From the IMG/VR virus record IMGVR_UViG_3300037755_001058, positions 1-64,000 of that record: a DNA stretch of 64,000 nucleotides. The stretch is one strand, 5' to 3'. The notes below the pieces were generated by a model. That model had not been told where the DNA came from, did not search any database, and saw only the letters and a list, made by a program, of their open reading frames with translations. Source of the stretch: a virus. A program made the translations under genes and the position numbers. Shown piece after piece: positions 8,848 through 17,617 of the stretch (positions are counted from its first letter, which is position 1; the number at the start of each line of letters is the position of its first letter).

Positions 8848-9489
8848 ATGTCGAACAACGAGAAGATCGGTGGCATCCCGGCCGCCGACGTGTGGAACCT
8901 GTTCACGGTGGACGCCGTCCATGGCGAGACCTTCCATGGTCAGGTCAGGACGATCCAGTGCTTCCTGGACGACGGACCCAACCCCGGCCGGTACGTCCTG
9001 ACCAACCACCTGGACGACCGGGTGATCGTCACCTTGGAAGAGCGGCCGCCCCTGCCGTGGAACGCGGTGTTCGTCGACGGCCCGGTCGGTGATGAGGCCA
9101 AGCACGGTGGGAGCTGTGGTGAGTGGAGCTCGGTCGACGTCTTCGTCGAGATGGGGCTCATGCCCGGTGTGTACGAGCTGCACCACGGCTCGTTCAGCAT
9201 GACGATCGAGCTCGAGGAGTCGAACAACGACCTCCTCCTCGATCGCGTCGAGACGCACGACTTCGATGACTGCCAGGTGCGGCACCTGTTCTACAAGAAC
9301 GGGCAGCACTGCCTGGGGATCGATGTCGACGGCGAGGAGGTGGCTGCCTCCGAGATCTTCGCTGGCGAGGAGCTGGCCGTGGTGAAGGCGCCGATGGTGC
9401 CGGGCCTCAGATTCGTCGGCGTTAGCCCCGACGGCCATCGGGTGGTCGAGCTGCTCGGCGTCGGTGTGCACCGGGTGTACCCCACCTAG
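8848..9489 (+). CDS. hypothetical protein
   Basis: 213-aa acidic ORF, GC3 bias. Confidence 0.75.
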   Translation: MSNNEKIGGIPAADVWNLFTVDAVHGETFHGQVRTIQCFLDDGPNPGRYVLTNHLDDRVIVTLEERPPLPWNAVFVDGPVGDEAKHGGSCGEWSSVDVFVEMGLMPGVYELHHGSFSMTIELEESNNDLLLDRVETHDFDDCQVRHLFYKNGQHCLGIDVDGEEVAASEIFAGEELAVVKAPMVPGLRFVGVSPDGHRVVELLGVGVHRVYPT

Positions 9490-9537
9490 GCCCTACGACA
9501 GGGACGGGGGTAGCCATTGCCCCACCTTCCTACCTTC

Positions 9538-9589
9538 GTGAGCCCCAGAGGCTAGCTAGCCCTACGAGACTAGCGCCTCTGGGGCTCAC
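9538..9589. repeat. 15-bp perfect inverted repeat hairpin in a leader
   Basis: GTGAGCCCCAGAGGC / GCCTCTGGGGCTCAC; loop contains CTAGCCCTACGA. Confidence 0.85.
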
Positions 9590-9620
9590 CAGCTTCAACA
9601 CCAACGATGAGAGGGACTGA

Positions 9621-10046
9621 ATGAATGATGACCTCGCGCACTGTGCGCGTCGGGCCTGCGACGATGTCGGTCTGGACCCTGTCCAGTTCATGGACGTCGT
9701 CGTGCTCTGTGCGCAGAGGCCGGAGTTCTGCTCGGCGGCGGCCAGGGGCGTGCTCATCTGCGCGGCTACCGGTCTCACCGATCCGGTCATGGAAGATCCC
9801 GGCGTGGTGGTCAAGATCGGCGATCTTGACATCGTGAAGGAGGCCGTCGACATCGTGATGATGTCGACCTCCCCTCAGCCGGTCCGTGAGCTCTTCCTCA
9901 TCATCACGATGATGATGTACAACCACAGCGGAGGCGCCGTCTCAGCTGAGGAGCGCAACTCCTGGTTGGCGCTCACCACCGCTGCAGGACGGGCGCTGAA
10001 CAGGCTCATGTTCCCCGATGGAGTTCCCGTCACGATGGATACGTGA
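9621..10046 (+). CDS. hypothetical protein
   Basis: GAGAGGGA RBS. Confidence 0.7.
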   Translation: MNDDLAHCARRACDDVGLDPVQFMDVVVLCAQRPEFCSAAARGVLICAATGLTDPVMEDPGVVVKIGDLDIVKEAVDIVMMSTSPQPVRELFLIITMMMYNHSGGAVSAEERNSWLALTTAAGRALNRLMFPDGVPVTMDT

Positions 10047-10456
10047 GAGGCCCTATCGACTGGAAGCGGCGGTGCGCGACAGGCTCCTCTGACGCCGGGC
10101 GGCGCACCTCTCTAGAATTGTATCTAGAAGCATCAATTCTAGAGAGGTGCGTCGTGTCCGTCATCGAGATTTCCGTCATGATCATGGTCTCGTTTCTCAC
10201 CGCCATGGTGGTGGTGACGGCCCTGCTGGTGGTGCACTGTGCTGCCGGGTCCTGATCGTGATGTAGTCATGATAAGAATGCTGTTGGCCGCACTGGGCGT
10301 GTTCACGTACGCCGCCATCGCCACGCGCTACTCTAGCGCCGTGGCCGCGGTCCTGACGGCAATGTTCGTAATCGCAATGCTCGTCGAATGGAGGGAGATG
10401 TGATCAGCATGAACCGCAACTGGCCCACTGGAACTCGATCATTCATGGAGGGCGAT

Positions 10457-10831
10457 ATGCCTGTTCAACGTGTGTGTTGCCTTGGGCTGATCGCCTGCGG
10501 GCAGGAGTACGTGGTAGAGATGCCGTGCCTGGAGGCCAACGGCATCATGGTCTGCGAGACCAAGGTCACCTGGGGTGAGGCCGATGCGATCTGCACCGAG
10601 ATGGGCGGGGCGCTGCTGGATGTGATGGTCGATGATACCCACGTCGATGCCTCGAAGCACTTCGTTGCCGAGACTCTTATCCACGACCTTGATGACCCCA
10701 AGGCCGTGTGGGTCGGGTTCCCTTGGGACTTCGTCTGCCCGGCCATGGATACGTTGGGAGCTGTGGTAGATCAGCCGTGTGGCGGCCTGCGTGGGTATGC
10801 CTGCTCCATCGAGAACATCGATGCTTGGTAG
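10457..10831 (+). CDS. lipoprotein with C-type lectin-like domain
   Basis: Lipobox LIAC; CTLD pattern TWGEADAIC..MGGAL / WVG / C / D.PC.....YAC. Confidence 0.65.
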   Translation: MPVQRVCCLGLIACGQEYVVEMPCLEANGIMVCETKVTWGEADAICTEMGGALLDVMVDDTHVDASKHFVAETLIHDLDDPKAVWVGFPWDFVCPAMDTLGAVVDQPCGGLRGYACSIENIDAW

Positions 10832-11324
10832 GGCCAAGCGTGATGTCCTCAAGCTTCTGACCACCAGGCGCATGACTGCGGCTGCGTTGGCGGCCGATGT
10901 AGGGTTGCGGCCGAACCACGTTCGGGTCGTGATCCACCGCCTCTTGCAGGATGGGCTGGTCGAACCGGTGGGTAGGCTGAATGACAACTGCACTCGGGTG
11001 TACGCGGCCACCATGGCCGGCCACGACGTGCTGTCGACACCGTCGGAAGACGGCCAGACCAGGAACCCTACCCTCGGCCAGGTTCACATCGATATTCTGG
11101 ATTCTCTCGATGGTACGAGAGATTCGCGTGCCCTCGGTATGACCATCAAGCAGGTGGCGCGGGATACGCGATACATGGTTGGCGCGGTCAACAGGACCAT
11201 CGGCACTCTAATCCGCTGGGATCTCGTCGAGCCTACCGGCAACAGAAGCTACACCCCAGCTGAGAGACGTTGGCGAATAACGCAAGCTGGGCGCGCCTCG
11301 CTCGTTAGGTTCTATAATTCATGA
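10821..11324 (+). CDS. tandem winged-helix DNA-binding protein
   Basis: Two repeats of the MT...(L/V)A..........I..L....LVEP.G pattern (MarR/ArsR-like). Confidence 0.7.
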   Translation: MLGRAKRDVLKLLTTRRMTAAALAADVGLRPNHVRVVIHRLLQDGLVEPVGRLNDNCTRVYAATMAGHDVLSTPSEDGQTRNPTLGQVHIDILDSLDGTRDSRALGMTIKQVARDTRYMVGAVNRTIGTLIRWDLVEPTGNRSYTPAERRWRITQAGRASLVRFYNS

Positions 11325-11830
11325 AGCCTGTCGACCAAGTACGAATTGGGTTCGGCCGTGGTCAATGTACCGAGGCTGCCATCGCCTCTTTACTCGGCGT
11401 ACCGCTAGACGCGGTGCCTGACCTCTGGGCAGGTCCAGATGCTGGCCCTACGGCGGAAGAGCAGCAGCCGATAGTCAATCTCATCAGGATGTGGGAATGG
11501 CTTAAGACAAATCACGGAGTGCAGCTGTGCGGCGTTAGGTTGGCTACGCCGATGCCACTCTACGAGGCGTGGATGAGGGCGCGCGACGTGCTACCTGGCG
11601 TCGCCGTACTCGACGATTGGGCCAGGTGGAACCTGGCCGTAGGGCCCAACCCGGATGGTGTCGGCCACTACGTGGTGTGTCGAGACGGGACCATGGTGCA
11701 CGATCCAAACCCGCGACGACGAGGCATCGTTGAGTGTACTCACGTCCAATGGCTCGTGCCTCTGGGCCTGCTGGACGGTGATGTTCTAGCGCTTCCGAGC
11801 GCCGAGTGGGTGGCCCACGAGATAGAGTAA
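11321..11830 (+). CDS. papain-fold (C39-like) peptidase-like protein
   Basis: Q...GQCTEAAIASLL, GHYVV and VHDP give a Cys-His-Asp triad in papain order. Confidence 0.55.
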   Translation: MKPVDQVRIGFGRGQCTEAAIASLLGVPLDAVPDLWAGPDAGPTAEEQQPIVNLIRMWEWLKTNHGVQLCGVRLATPMPLYEAWMRARDVLPGVAVLDDWARWNLAVGPNPDGVGHYVVCRDGTMVHDPNPRRRGIVECTHVQWLVPLGLLDGDVLALPSAEWVAHEIE

Positions 11831-11832
11831 TG

Positions 11833-11841
11833 TGCTAAAAT
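11833..11841 (+). promoter_or_regulatory. extended -10 promoter
   Basis: TGcTAAAAT upstream of a CACCACA-loop hairpin and RBS. Confidence 0.55.
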
Positions 11842-11889
11842 AGTCCTTGGCCCCACCACCACATTTGGGGTCACAACCGAGAGGGAATC

Positions 11890-12114
11890 ATGACCATCAT
11901 CAGTGCGTGGGACTCGCTCCTCCTCGAGGAGGGTGAGGGACCCCACCTGTGTCATGACTGCGATACCGAGCTCTGGCCGGACAACTGCTACTGCTACGGC
12001 GACACCGAGTACCAGTGCGCCGAATGCTACGGCGCGGACGATCGTCCTGTGTACCGCGAGGAGCACCACCTTCAGGCGTACGACGTGGGCGACCGCGCGT
12101 ACTGGGACATGTGA
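11890..12114 (+). CDS. small Cys-rich protein
   Basis: CHDC and CAEC motifs; GAGAGGGAATCATG leader. Confidence 0.65.
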   Translation: MTIISAWDSLLLEEGEGPHLCHDCDTELWPDNCYCYGDTEYQCAECYGADDRPVYREEHHLQAYDVGDRAYWDM

Positions 12115-12440
12115 TGAGTGGCTACTACTGCTACGGATGTGGGCTGGAGACGTCCTCGCACGATCCGTTCGTCGGTGCTCTCGGCACTCGGGTGCACTCT
12201 CTGTGCAAGGGTCTGGCCCGCCAGGTGTACAACCTCCGAGAGTTCGTGAGGTTCCAGGCCGACTCGGCGTCGGTCCGTGAGTCCGTGCCGTGCCCTCACT
12301 GCCTGGCAGAGATCGGGCAGTCGTGCATCACCCCTAAGGGTGCTGCCGTGGCCAACCACAAGATCCGGCTCCAGCTCCACCGGATGGTGATGTCTGGGGC
12401 TGACCTCGGGCCTGCCTTCGAGGCGGCCTTCGGTCGGTAG
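12114..12440 (+). CDS. zinc-finger protein
   Basis: CYGC and CPHCLAEIGQSC...H motifs; TGATG coupling. Confidence 0.65.
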   Translation: MSGYYCYGCGLETSSHDPFVGALGTRVHSLCKGLARQVYNLREFVRFQADSASVRESVPCPHCLAEIGQSCITPKGAAVANHKIRLQLHRMVMSGADLGPAFEAAFGR

Positions 12441-12473
12441 TCAATAACAGTCAACAACTGCAGGAGGTGAGAG

Positions 12474-12962
12474 ATGGGACTCAAGGCGGAAGAGATCGTC
12501 GGGGTGAGCAGCCTCAAGGTGGGAGAGGTCGGCGGACAGGTCGTCGAGCTCGGCACCAGCTCCGACCCGAACAAGTTCGTCCTCTCTTTCGGGGGGCGCA
12601 CGCTGGGGCACTTCGGTGCCAACGAGCTGGCGATCCTCGGTGAAATCATCCTCGAGGGGGTCACGAGGTTCGAGGAGAGGATGGCCTTCGCGCCGCTGAG
12701 CGACCGACAGCTCCGGTGGTACCTGGCATCGTGTCAACTGATGTCGCTCCGGGACAATTTCAACGAAGAAGTGTTCGATGTGACCGCCCGGCTGGTCGAC
12801 GGGCATGTCGAGATGACCCGCGACGAGCTCATCGCCGAGGTGATGAGCTGGAACGACGACCTCACTCCCATGGAGATGGTCGAGACGCGAGTCAAGCCCA
12901 GCCTCAACGGTGAGGCCGACGGCATGGCGATGTACCGACGGCTTCGAGGCCGAGCACCCTGA
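12474..12962 (+). CDS. hypothetical protein
   Basis: AGGAGGTG RBS. Confidence 0.75.
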   Translation: MGLKAEEIVGVSSLKVGEVGGQVVELGTSSDPNKFVLSFGGRTLGHFGANELAILGEIILEGVTRFEERMAFAPLSDRQLRWYLASCQLMSLRDNFNEEVFDVTARLVDGHVEMTRDELIAEVMSWNDDLTPMEMVETRVKPSLNGEADGMAMYRRLRGRAP

Positions 12963-13121
12963 GGAGTTGACTGCTCGACAGGCTGAACACCTGCTGCTTG
13001 TCACCATGCGAATCGTGCAGCTGGGTGGCCATGACCCACTCGAGGTTCTCGAGTCACTGAAACGACAGAAGGAGGCACACTGATGGGACTCGATGTCAGT
13101 CACGACGCCTGGTACGGCAAG

Positions 13122-13770
13122 TGCCGGCGAGCCGCTCGTATTCATGTGACCAACAACAGAGGAGGATGAGATGATGATCGATGACCAGAAGGACCGCCAC
13201 ATCGGAGGTGCGGCATGACCGGCCTCTTTCTGGGTGGTCTGCTGCTGATCATCGCTGGAGGCCTGGCCATGCTCGTCGCAGCAGCGGTCAGCCGCGCCAC
13301 CCGCGGCATCGGTCGCCAGATGGCTGCGTCGATCCCGATGCGCCCGGGCCCGGTGGTCCGCCCGCCCGAGTCGGCGAACTCGATCGCCACCCGCCTGTGC
13401 CACACGCTCGCGGTGCAGGCGGCGGAGATGCGCGAAGGCGCAGTCACCTACACCGAGTGGATCTCGCTGGCCGAGACCCGTCGCATCGAGGTGCGGCAGC
13501 GCGAGGTGTACGGGGAGACTGCCTACGTCGTGCTGGTGATGGGCGCCGTGCGCCACGTCGTGCCCGACTTGCACGCTGTGGAGCTGGCGCTTGTCGTGGA
13601 GATCCAGCGCTGGCGCCGGATCGGGTCCGTCGACGGACGGACTGGTGTGGTGATGGGGTGGCCATGAAGTTCGCCGAGGGATGCGAGCGTGCAGCCACTG
13701 CCGGCGAGCCGCTCGTATTCATGTGACCAACAACAGAGGAGGATGAGATGATCGATGACCAGAAGGACCG
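13122..13770 (+). repeat. 72/75-bp direct repeats (13122-13196, 13699-13770) flanking an inserted gene
   Basis: Copies are identical apart from one extra ATG triplet; the repeat spans a gene end, RBS and the start of the next gene. Confidence 0.95.
13215..13667 (+). CDS. membrane-anchored hypothetical protein
   Basis: GGAGGTG RBS; N-terminal TM helix. Confidence 0.7.
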   Translation: MTGLFLGGLLLIIAGGLAMLVAAAVSRATRGIGRQMAASIPMRPGPVVRPPESANSIATRLCHTLAVQAAEMREGAVTYTEWISLAETRRIEVRQREVYGETAYVVLVMGAVRHVVPDLHAVELALVVEIQRWRRIGSVDGRTGVVMGWP

Positions 13771-14002
13771 TGTGGTGCGCCTGATGGGTGCCACGTGGGA
13801 GGAGATGGCTGGCGACGCTGAGGATCTTGGCGGCACCACCAAGGCCGACGCGATTGAGCTCGTGCTAGACGCCGACCGGCTCGAGTCCATGGCGTCCAGG
13901 ACCGGCGACCCGGCCGACGCCGAGGCGCTGGCCGAGCTGCGCAAGCTCTCGTACGACGACCAGAAGACGCTGGCCCGGCGGACCAGTAAGAGCTGGTACT
14001 GA
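13748..14002 (+). CDS. hypothetical protein
   Basis: RBS lies in the repeat. Confidence 0.7.
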   Translation: MIDDQKDRVVRLMGATWEEMAGDAEDLGGTTKADAIELVLDADRLESMASRTGDPADAEALAELRKLSYDDQKTLARRTSKSWY

Positions 14003-14196
14003 TGGGACTGGTCAAGCCTGACATCCGGATGAGGTTCAAGGCCATGGGTGGGCACATCCACGTAAGGGTGTTCACCTCCCACGACGGCCACAACTTCGCG
14101 AAGAACGGCGACCTCGTGTTCGACGAGGACGAGTGGCGGGTGGTGTCGGAGCGGTTCCGCCACATCAACGTCGAGATCCTCGAGGAGGACGAGTGA
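14002..14196 (+). CDS. hypothetical protein
   Basis: TGATG coupling. Confidence 0.65.
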   Translation: MGLVKPDIRMRFKAMGGHIHVRVFTSHDGHNFAKNGDLVFDEDEWRVVSERFRHINVEILEEDE

Positions 14197-14432
14197 CCAA
14201 ACATCAGCGCATCAACATGCTCGTGAGACGCATCGTGCGCTCACGCGCCGAGATCGCCAGGGTGATCGAGCGCGTCGGCATGGAGCGCACGATCCATGGC
14301 CAGATGATGAACCTGTCGAGCCTGATCGGCGATCAAACCGAGCTGCTTCTCCTTCTGGAAGACGAACCACAGTCCGTCGTGTGCCGGGTGGAAGACGAGC
14401 TGGACGCGGTGTGTCCTCCCAGGGGGAGGTGA
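14193..14432 (+). CDS. hypothetical protein
   Basis: GTGA coupling. Confidence 0.6.
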   Translation: MTKHQRINMLVRRIVRSRAEIARVIERVGMERTIHGQMMNLSSLIGDQTELLLLLEDEPQSVVCRVEDELDAVCPPRGR

Positions 14433-14435
14433 CAG

Positions 14436-15077
14436 GTGTCGATGACCGACCCGCGCCCCACCCTGCGCCAGCTCGCGCGGGACGACCGCCCGGGCGCCGT
14501 GTGGTGCGCCTCGCTCTGCGCGCTGACCGTGGCGCACCGCTGGACTGATCCGCGCCCCCGCCGCACCGTCCGCCTCACGCTGGCCTGGGCTGTGGGCGTG
14601 CCAGTGCCGCGGGAGAGGCTGCGGGCCGCCGCCTACGCCGCCGACGCCGCCGCCGCCTACGCCGCCGACGCCGCCGCCAACGCCGCCGCCTACGCCGCCT
14701 ACGCCGCCGCCGCCTACGCCGCCGACGCCGCCGCCTACGCCGCCAACGCCGCCGCCAACGCCGCCGCCTACGCCGCCAACGCCGCCGCCTACGCCGCCGC
14801 CTACGCCGCCGCACTCGCCCAACTGGCCGCCCTGGTCGACTACCAGGTCCGCCCCGTGGACCCCCGTATCACCGACCACCGCAGCGCTCGTCCTGGCGCG
14901 CTGGTGGCCTGGGACGCCGCGGCAGCGGAGCTGGGGCCCGTCCGGCAGGGCACGCTCGGTGACGCGCTGCGGCGTGCCCGGGTGCTGCGACTGCGCTGGA
15001 CCGAGCCGGTGGAGCGGGCTGTGGCGGAGCGGCTGCCACTCGATCACCCGGCCCTGGCGGCCATCAGGAGGAAGTGA
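14436..15077 (+). CDS. Ala-rich low-complexity repeat protein
   Basis: (GCC)n interspersed with TAC/GAC/AAC at 14625-14813, encoding AAAYAADAAAN... Confidence 0.75.
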   Translation: MSMTDPRPTLRQLARDDRPGAVWCASLCALTVAHRWTDPRPRRTVRLTLAWAVGVPVPRERLRAAAYAADAAAAYAADAAANAAAYAAYAAAAYAADAAAYAANAAANAAAYAANAAAYAAAYAAALAQLAALVDYQVRPVDPRITDHRSARPGALVAWDAAAAELGPVRQGTLGDALRRARVLRLRWTEPVERAVAERLPLDHPALAAIRRK

Positions 15078-15114
15078 TGGACCAGGGCTTCATTCTCATG
15101 CGAAGGAGACAGTG

Positions 15115-15729
15115 ATGAAGAAGCACGAGTACGAGGTGTACGCCACCGTTACCTTCACCACCCAGGTGAAGGTGCGGGCGGTGGATGAGGATTCCGCCCA
15201 GTTGCTGGCCTATGACATGATGGAGCGCAGCAAGCTCCTGCTCGATCCCAAGGACGAAGATGCCGTGCATGTCGGCCACCAGGATGTCGAGATCGACGAC
15301 TGTGACATCATCGACGGCGATCCGGAGAGCGTGCGCATCAGGTACGTGGATGCCCTCGGGAACGTGAACGACAAGACGCTTCCCATCGTCGAGGGGGATC
15401 CGAATGATGGGGTCTTCGACGTTGAAGGAGGACTTCACGTTCGATGTGAGCGCGGAGCCTGGATGATCGGCTACAACGTGGCGTTGGTAGGGAGGCCGGA
15501 CTCGACCTTCGTCGAGATCAAGTACCGGGACGGATCTCCCACGGTCGCTGGTGTCGTGGTAGGACCGTTCACCGTAGACGGACCGTTCACCGTCGTGGAC
15601 CTGGCCGGCGTCATCCGACGGTTCACCACGCTCACCGACCTGTACAGCAGCATTTCCTCGCTCTACGAGGTCACCGAGTCAGGTGACCTCGGGCCCATCG
15701 ACACCGAGGTCCTCACTCCCCCTGCGTGA
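15115..15729 (+). CDS. hypothetical protein
   Basis: AAGGAG RBS; acidic. Confidence 0.7.
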   Translation: MKKHEYEVYATVTFTTQVKVRAVDEDSAQLLAYDMMERSKLLLDPKDEDAVHVGHQDVEIDDCDIIDGDPESVRIRYVDALGNVNDKTLPIVEGDPNDGVFDVEGGLHVRCERGAWMIGYNVALVGRPDSTFVEIKYRDGSPTVAGVVVGPFTVDGPFTVVDLAGVIRRFTTLTDLYSSISSLYEVTESGDLGPIDTEVLTPPA

Positions 15730-15743
15730 ACCGCCAAGGTCGA

Positions 15744-16880
15744 TCACGGCACCTCCGTCAGAGGCCACGTCCACGCGGTGCGGGCGCCCGTGGTCAGCGT
15801 CGGTCGGACGTGCCACGCGTTGTGCGGCTCGGTCAGCACCTCGACCGAGCCGATTAGGACAGTTCGGTGGATGGACAGCCCGCCCACGAGCACGTCGGTC
15901 ACGGTGACCTCGCCGTGCAGCCCGCGTATGGTCGCGCCGAACAGCGCCGAGGACCGGGCGCCCAGCGTCAAGCCGCTCCCGCACACCTCGCACATCACGG
16001 CGGTCGCGTGGCACCCGTACAGCGAGGCTATCTGCAGCCCGTGCCCGGCGTACTGGGCATAGACCGAGCCCACCACCACCTGCGTGGTGTTGCCTCCGGT
16101 GAGCTTCAGCGCGCCGCCGATGATGCCCTCGATCGGCCAGGGCCCCTCGCCCTGCATCTCGCCCGGCCACGGGTACACGAGCAGCCCGTCCGGCTCGACC
16201 GACACCACCTCGGCCAGCCACCCGCCGTTCTTGGGCAGGTCGCCGATCCGCAGGTAGTCGCCTGGCTCGACGGGCAGGGCGGTCGAGACGAGTCGGGCGC
16301 GCTGCACCGGTGAGCCGGCCAGACCCTCGCGGGTGATTGAGGCCGCGGTGCCCATCACCCGGGTGTGGGGTGGGCCTGCGGTCCCGGGCGCGCCGCAGAA
16401 GCTGCACCGCACGCGTCCGATCTGCATGCCGATCGTGTTGCCGCCCGTGGTCCGGGCGCCATACCGCCGGACGTACTCGACCGAGATCGCGTCGATCGCG
16501 CAGCCGTTCGCGTTCGTGAGGTGGACCCCGTCGCCGAGGTTACGGCCCGCCAGGTGCGAGGTCACCTGCCCGGCCACCCGCAGCGTGCCGCGGATCGTGC
16601 AGTCCCGGCCGGTATCTACCACCACCGCGACCTGGAGGTCGGCGTCGTCGTGCACCCGGATGGTGCCGGCCTCCACCGTCAGGTAGGGCTGCCCGGTCAT
16701 GGTCACCGTCTCGCGGACCCACCAGGTACCGCGAAGGTCGACCACCGCGGCCGGGTCCTGCGCGGCGGCGGAGAACGCGGCATTGATTCCAGGCCCGTCG
16801 TCGTGGTTGCCGTCGCCCACAGCGCCGTAGTCGGCAGGTTTGTAGGTAGCGGCGAGGGCGGTGGCTAGCCAGGCGATCAC
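15744..16880 (-). CDS. pectate-lyase-like beta-helix protein (tailspike/depolymerase-like)
   Basis: YKPADYGAVGDGNHDDGPGINAAF is a Pectate_lyase_3-type N-terminal motif; GTG start overlaps the upstream stop. Confidence 0.7.
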   Translation of the reverse strand: MIAWLATALAATYKPADYGAVGDGNHDDGPGINAAFSAAAQDPAAVVDLRGTWWVRETVTMTGQPYLTVEAGTIRVHDDADLQVAVVVDTGRDCTIRGTLRVAGQVTSHLAGRNLGDGVHLTNANGCAIDAISVEYVRRYGARTTGGNTIGMQIGRVRCSFCGAPGTAGPPHTRVMGTAASITREGLAGSPVQRARLVSTALPVEPGDYLRIGDLPKNGGWLAEVVSVEPDGLLVYPWPGEMQGEGPWPIEGIIGGALKLTGGNTTQVVVGSVYAQYAGHGLQIASLYGCHATAVMCEVCGSGLTLGARSSALFGATIRGLHGEVTVTDVLVGGLSIHRTVLIGSVEVLTEPHNAWHVRPTLTTGARTAWTWPLTEVP

Positions 16881-17617
16881 GACGCCCCCAGCGCCGCCCA
16901 GAGCCGGTCTACGACGTCGTCGTAGCCTCCGCCGGTGCCGCTCGAGTAGTGCACGACACTGGCCGCCTCGAGCTCGATCGGCGTCGGGAGCAGCGTGTCC
17001 ACCAGCCGGCGGGACCCACGGCGGGCCGCCACCACCCGCTGGGCGTCGCGGATCGTCGCGTAGTACGCGCCGTAGTCGTCGTCTGAGCGCAGGAGCGAGA
17101 TCGCGACGAGCGCGTGTTCGAACAGCGACTCGCAAATCCTCACATTGCGCTCCAGCTTGTCGGCGGCGTAGTCGACGGCCTGGTCCTCGACCAGGGACGG
17201 GCTCTCGCCGTGGACCAGCCACACCAGCCCCACGTCCTCGGGCGTCAGCTCGAGCGCCGCCAGGTCGGTGAGGACGCCCGGCAGCTGGGTCAGCCGCATC
17301 GACGACTCCGGCGAGGCGCTGACCGCTCGGCGGATCACGACCGGGCTCGAGTCCTCGGCACCCATCAGCTCGATCAGCCGCGGTAGGGGGCCCACCTCGG
17401 TGGCGTCGTACGTCGTCACCTCGACGCCCGCGTCGTAGAACGTCGGGGTCAGCGTCGGGTGCACGGTGGCCAGGTCCTCGCCGCTGACGCCGGTGTACGT
17501 CGACGCCCCGCGGGCGTTGGACTGCCCGACCAGGACCGCGACGCCGATCGGCGTCTGCCGGGTGGCGACGCCCTGCGCCCAGCTGTCGCCGTACAGGTGG
17601 GTCCCACGGACGCTCAC
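16877..17617 (-). CDS. SGNH hydrolase, SASA/DUF303 carbohydrate O-acetylesterase-like
   Basis: VLVGQSNA (block I), WLVHGES (QGES-like), C-terminal VVH. Confidence 0.7.
   Translation of the reverse strand: MSVRGTHLYGDSWAQGVATRQTPIGVAVLVGQSNARGASTYTGVSGEDLATVHPTLTPTFYDAGVEVTTYDATEVGPLPRLIELMGAEDSSPVVIRRAVSASPESSMRLTQLPGVLTDLAALELTPEDVGLVWLVHGESPSLVEDQAVDYAADKLERNVRICESLFEHALVAISLLRSDDDYGAYYATIRDAQRVVAARRGSRRLVDTLLPTPIELEAASVVHYSSGTGGGYDDVVDRLWAALGAS

Noticed and set aside
14625-14813. NAC codon variation (TAC/GAC/AAC) resembling DGR adenine mutagenesis
   Set aside because: No TR/VR pair and no reverse transcriptase in the window; simple low-complexity repeat.
14575-14814. Poly-Arg and poly-Gly/Val ORFs on the minus strand
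   Set aside because: Shadow frames of the GCC-rich Ala repeat in the + strand gene 14436-15077.
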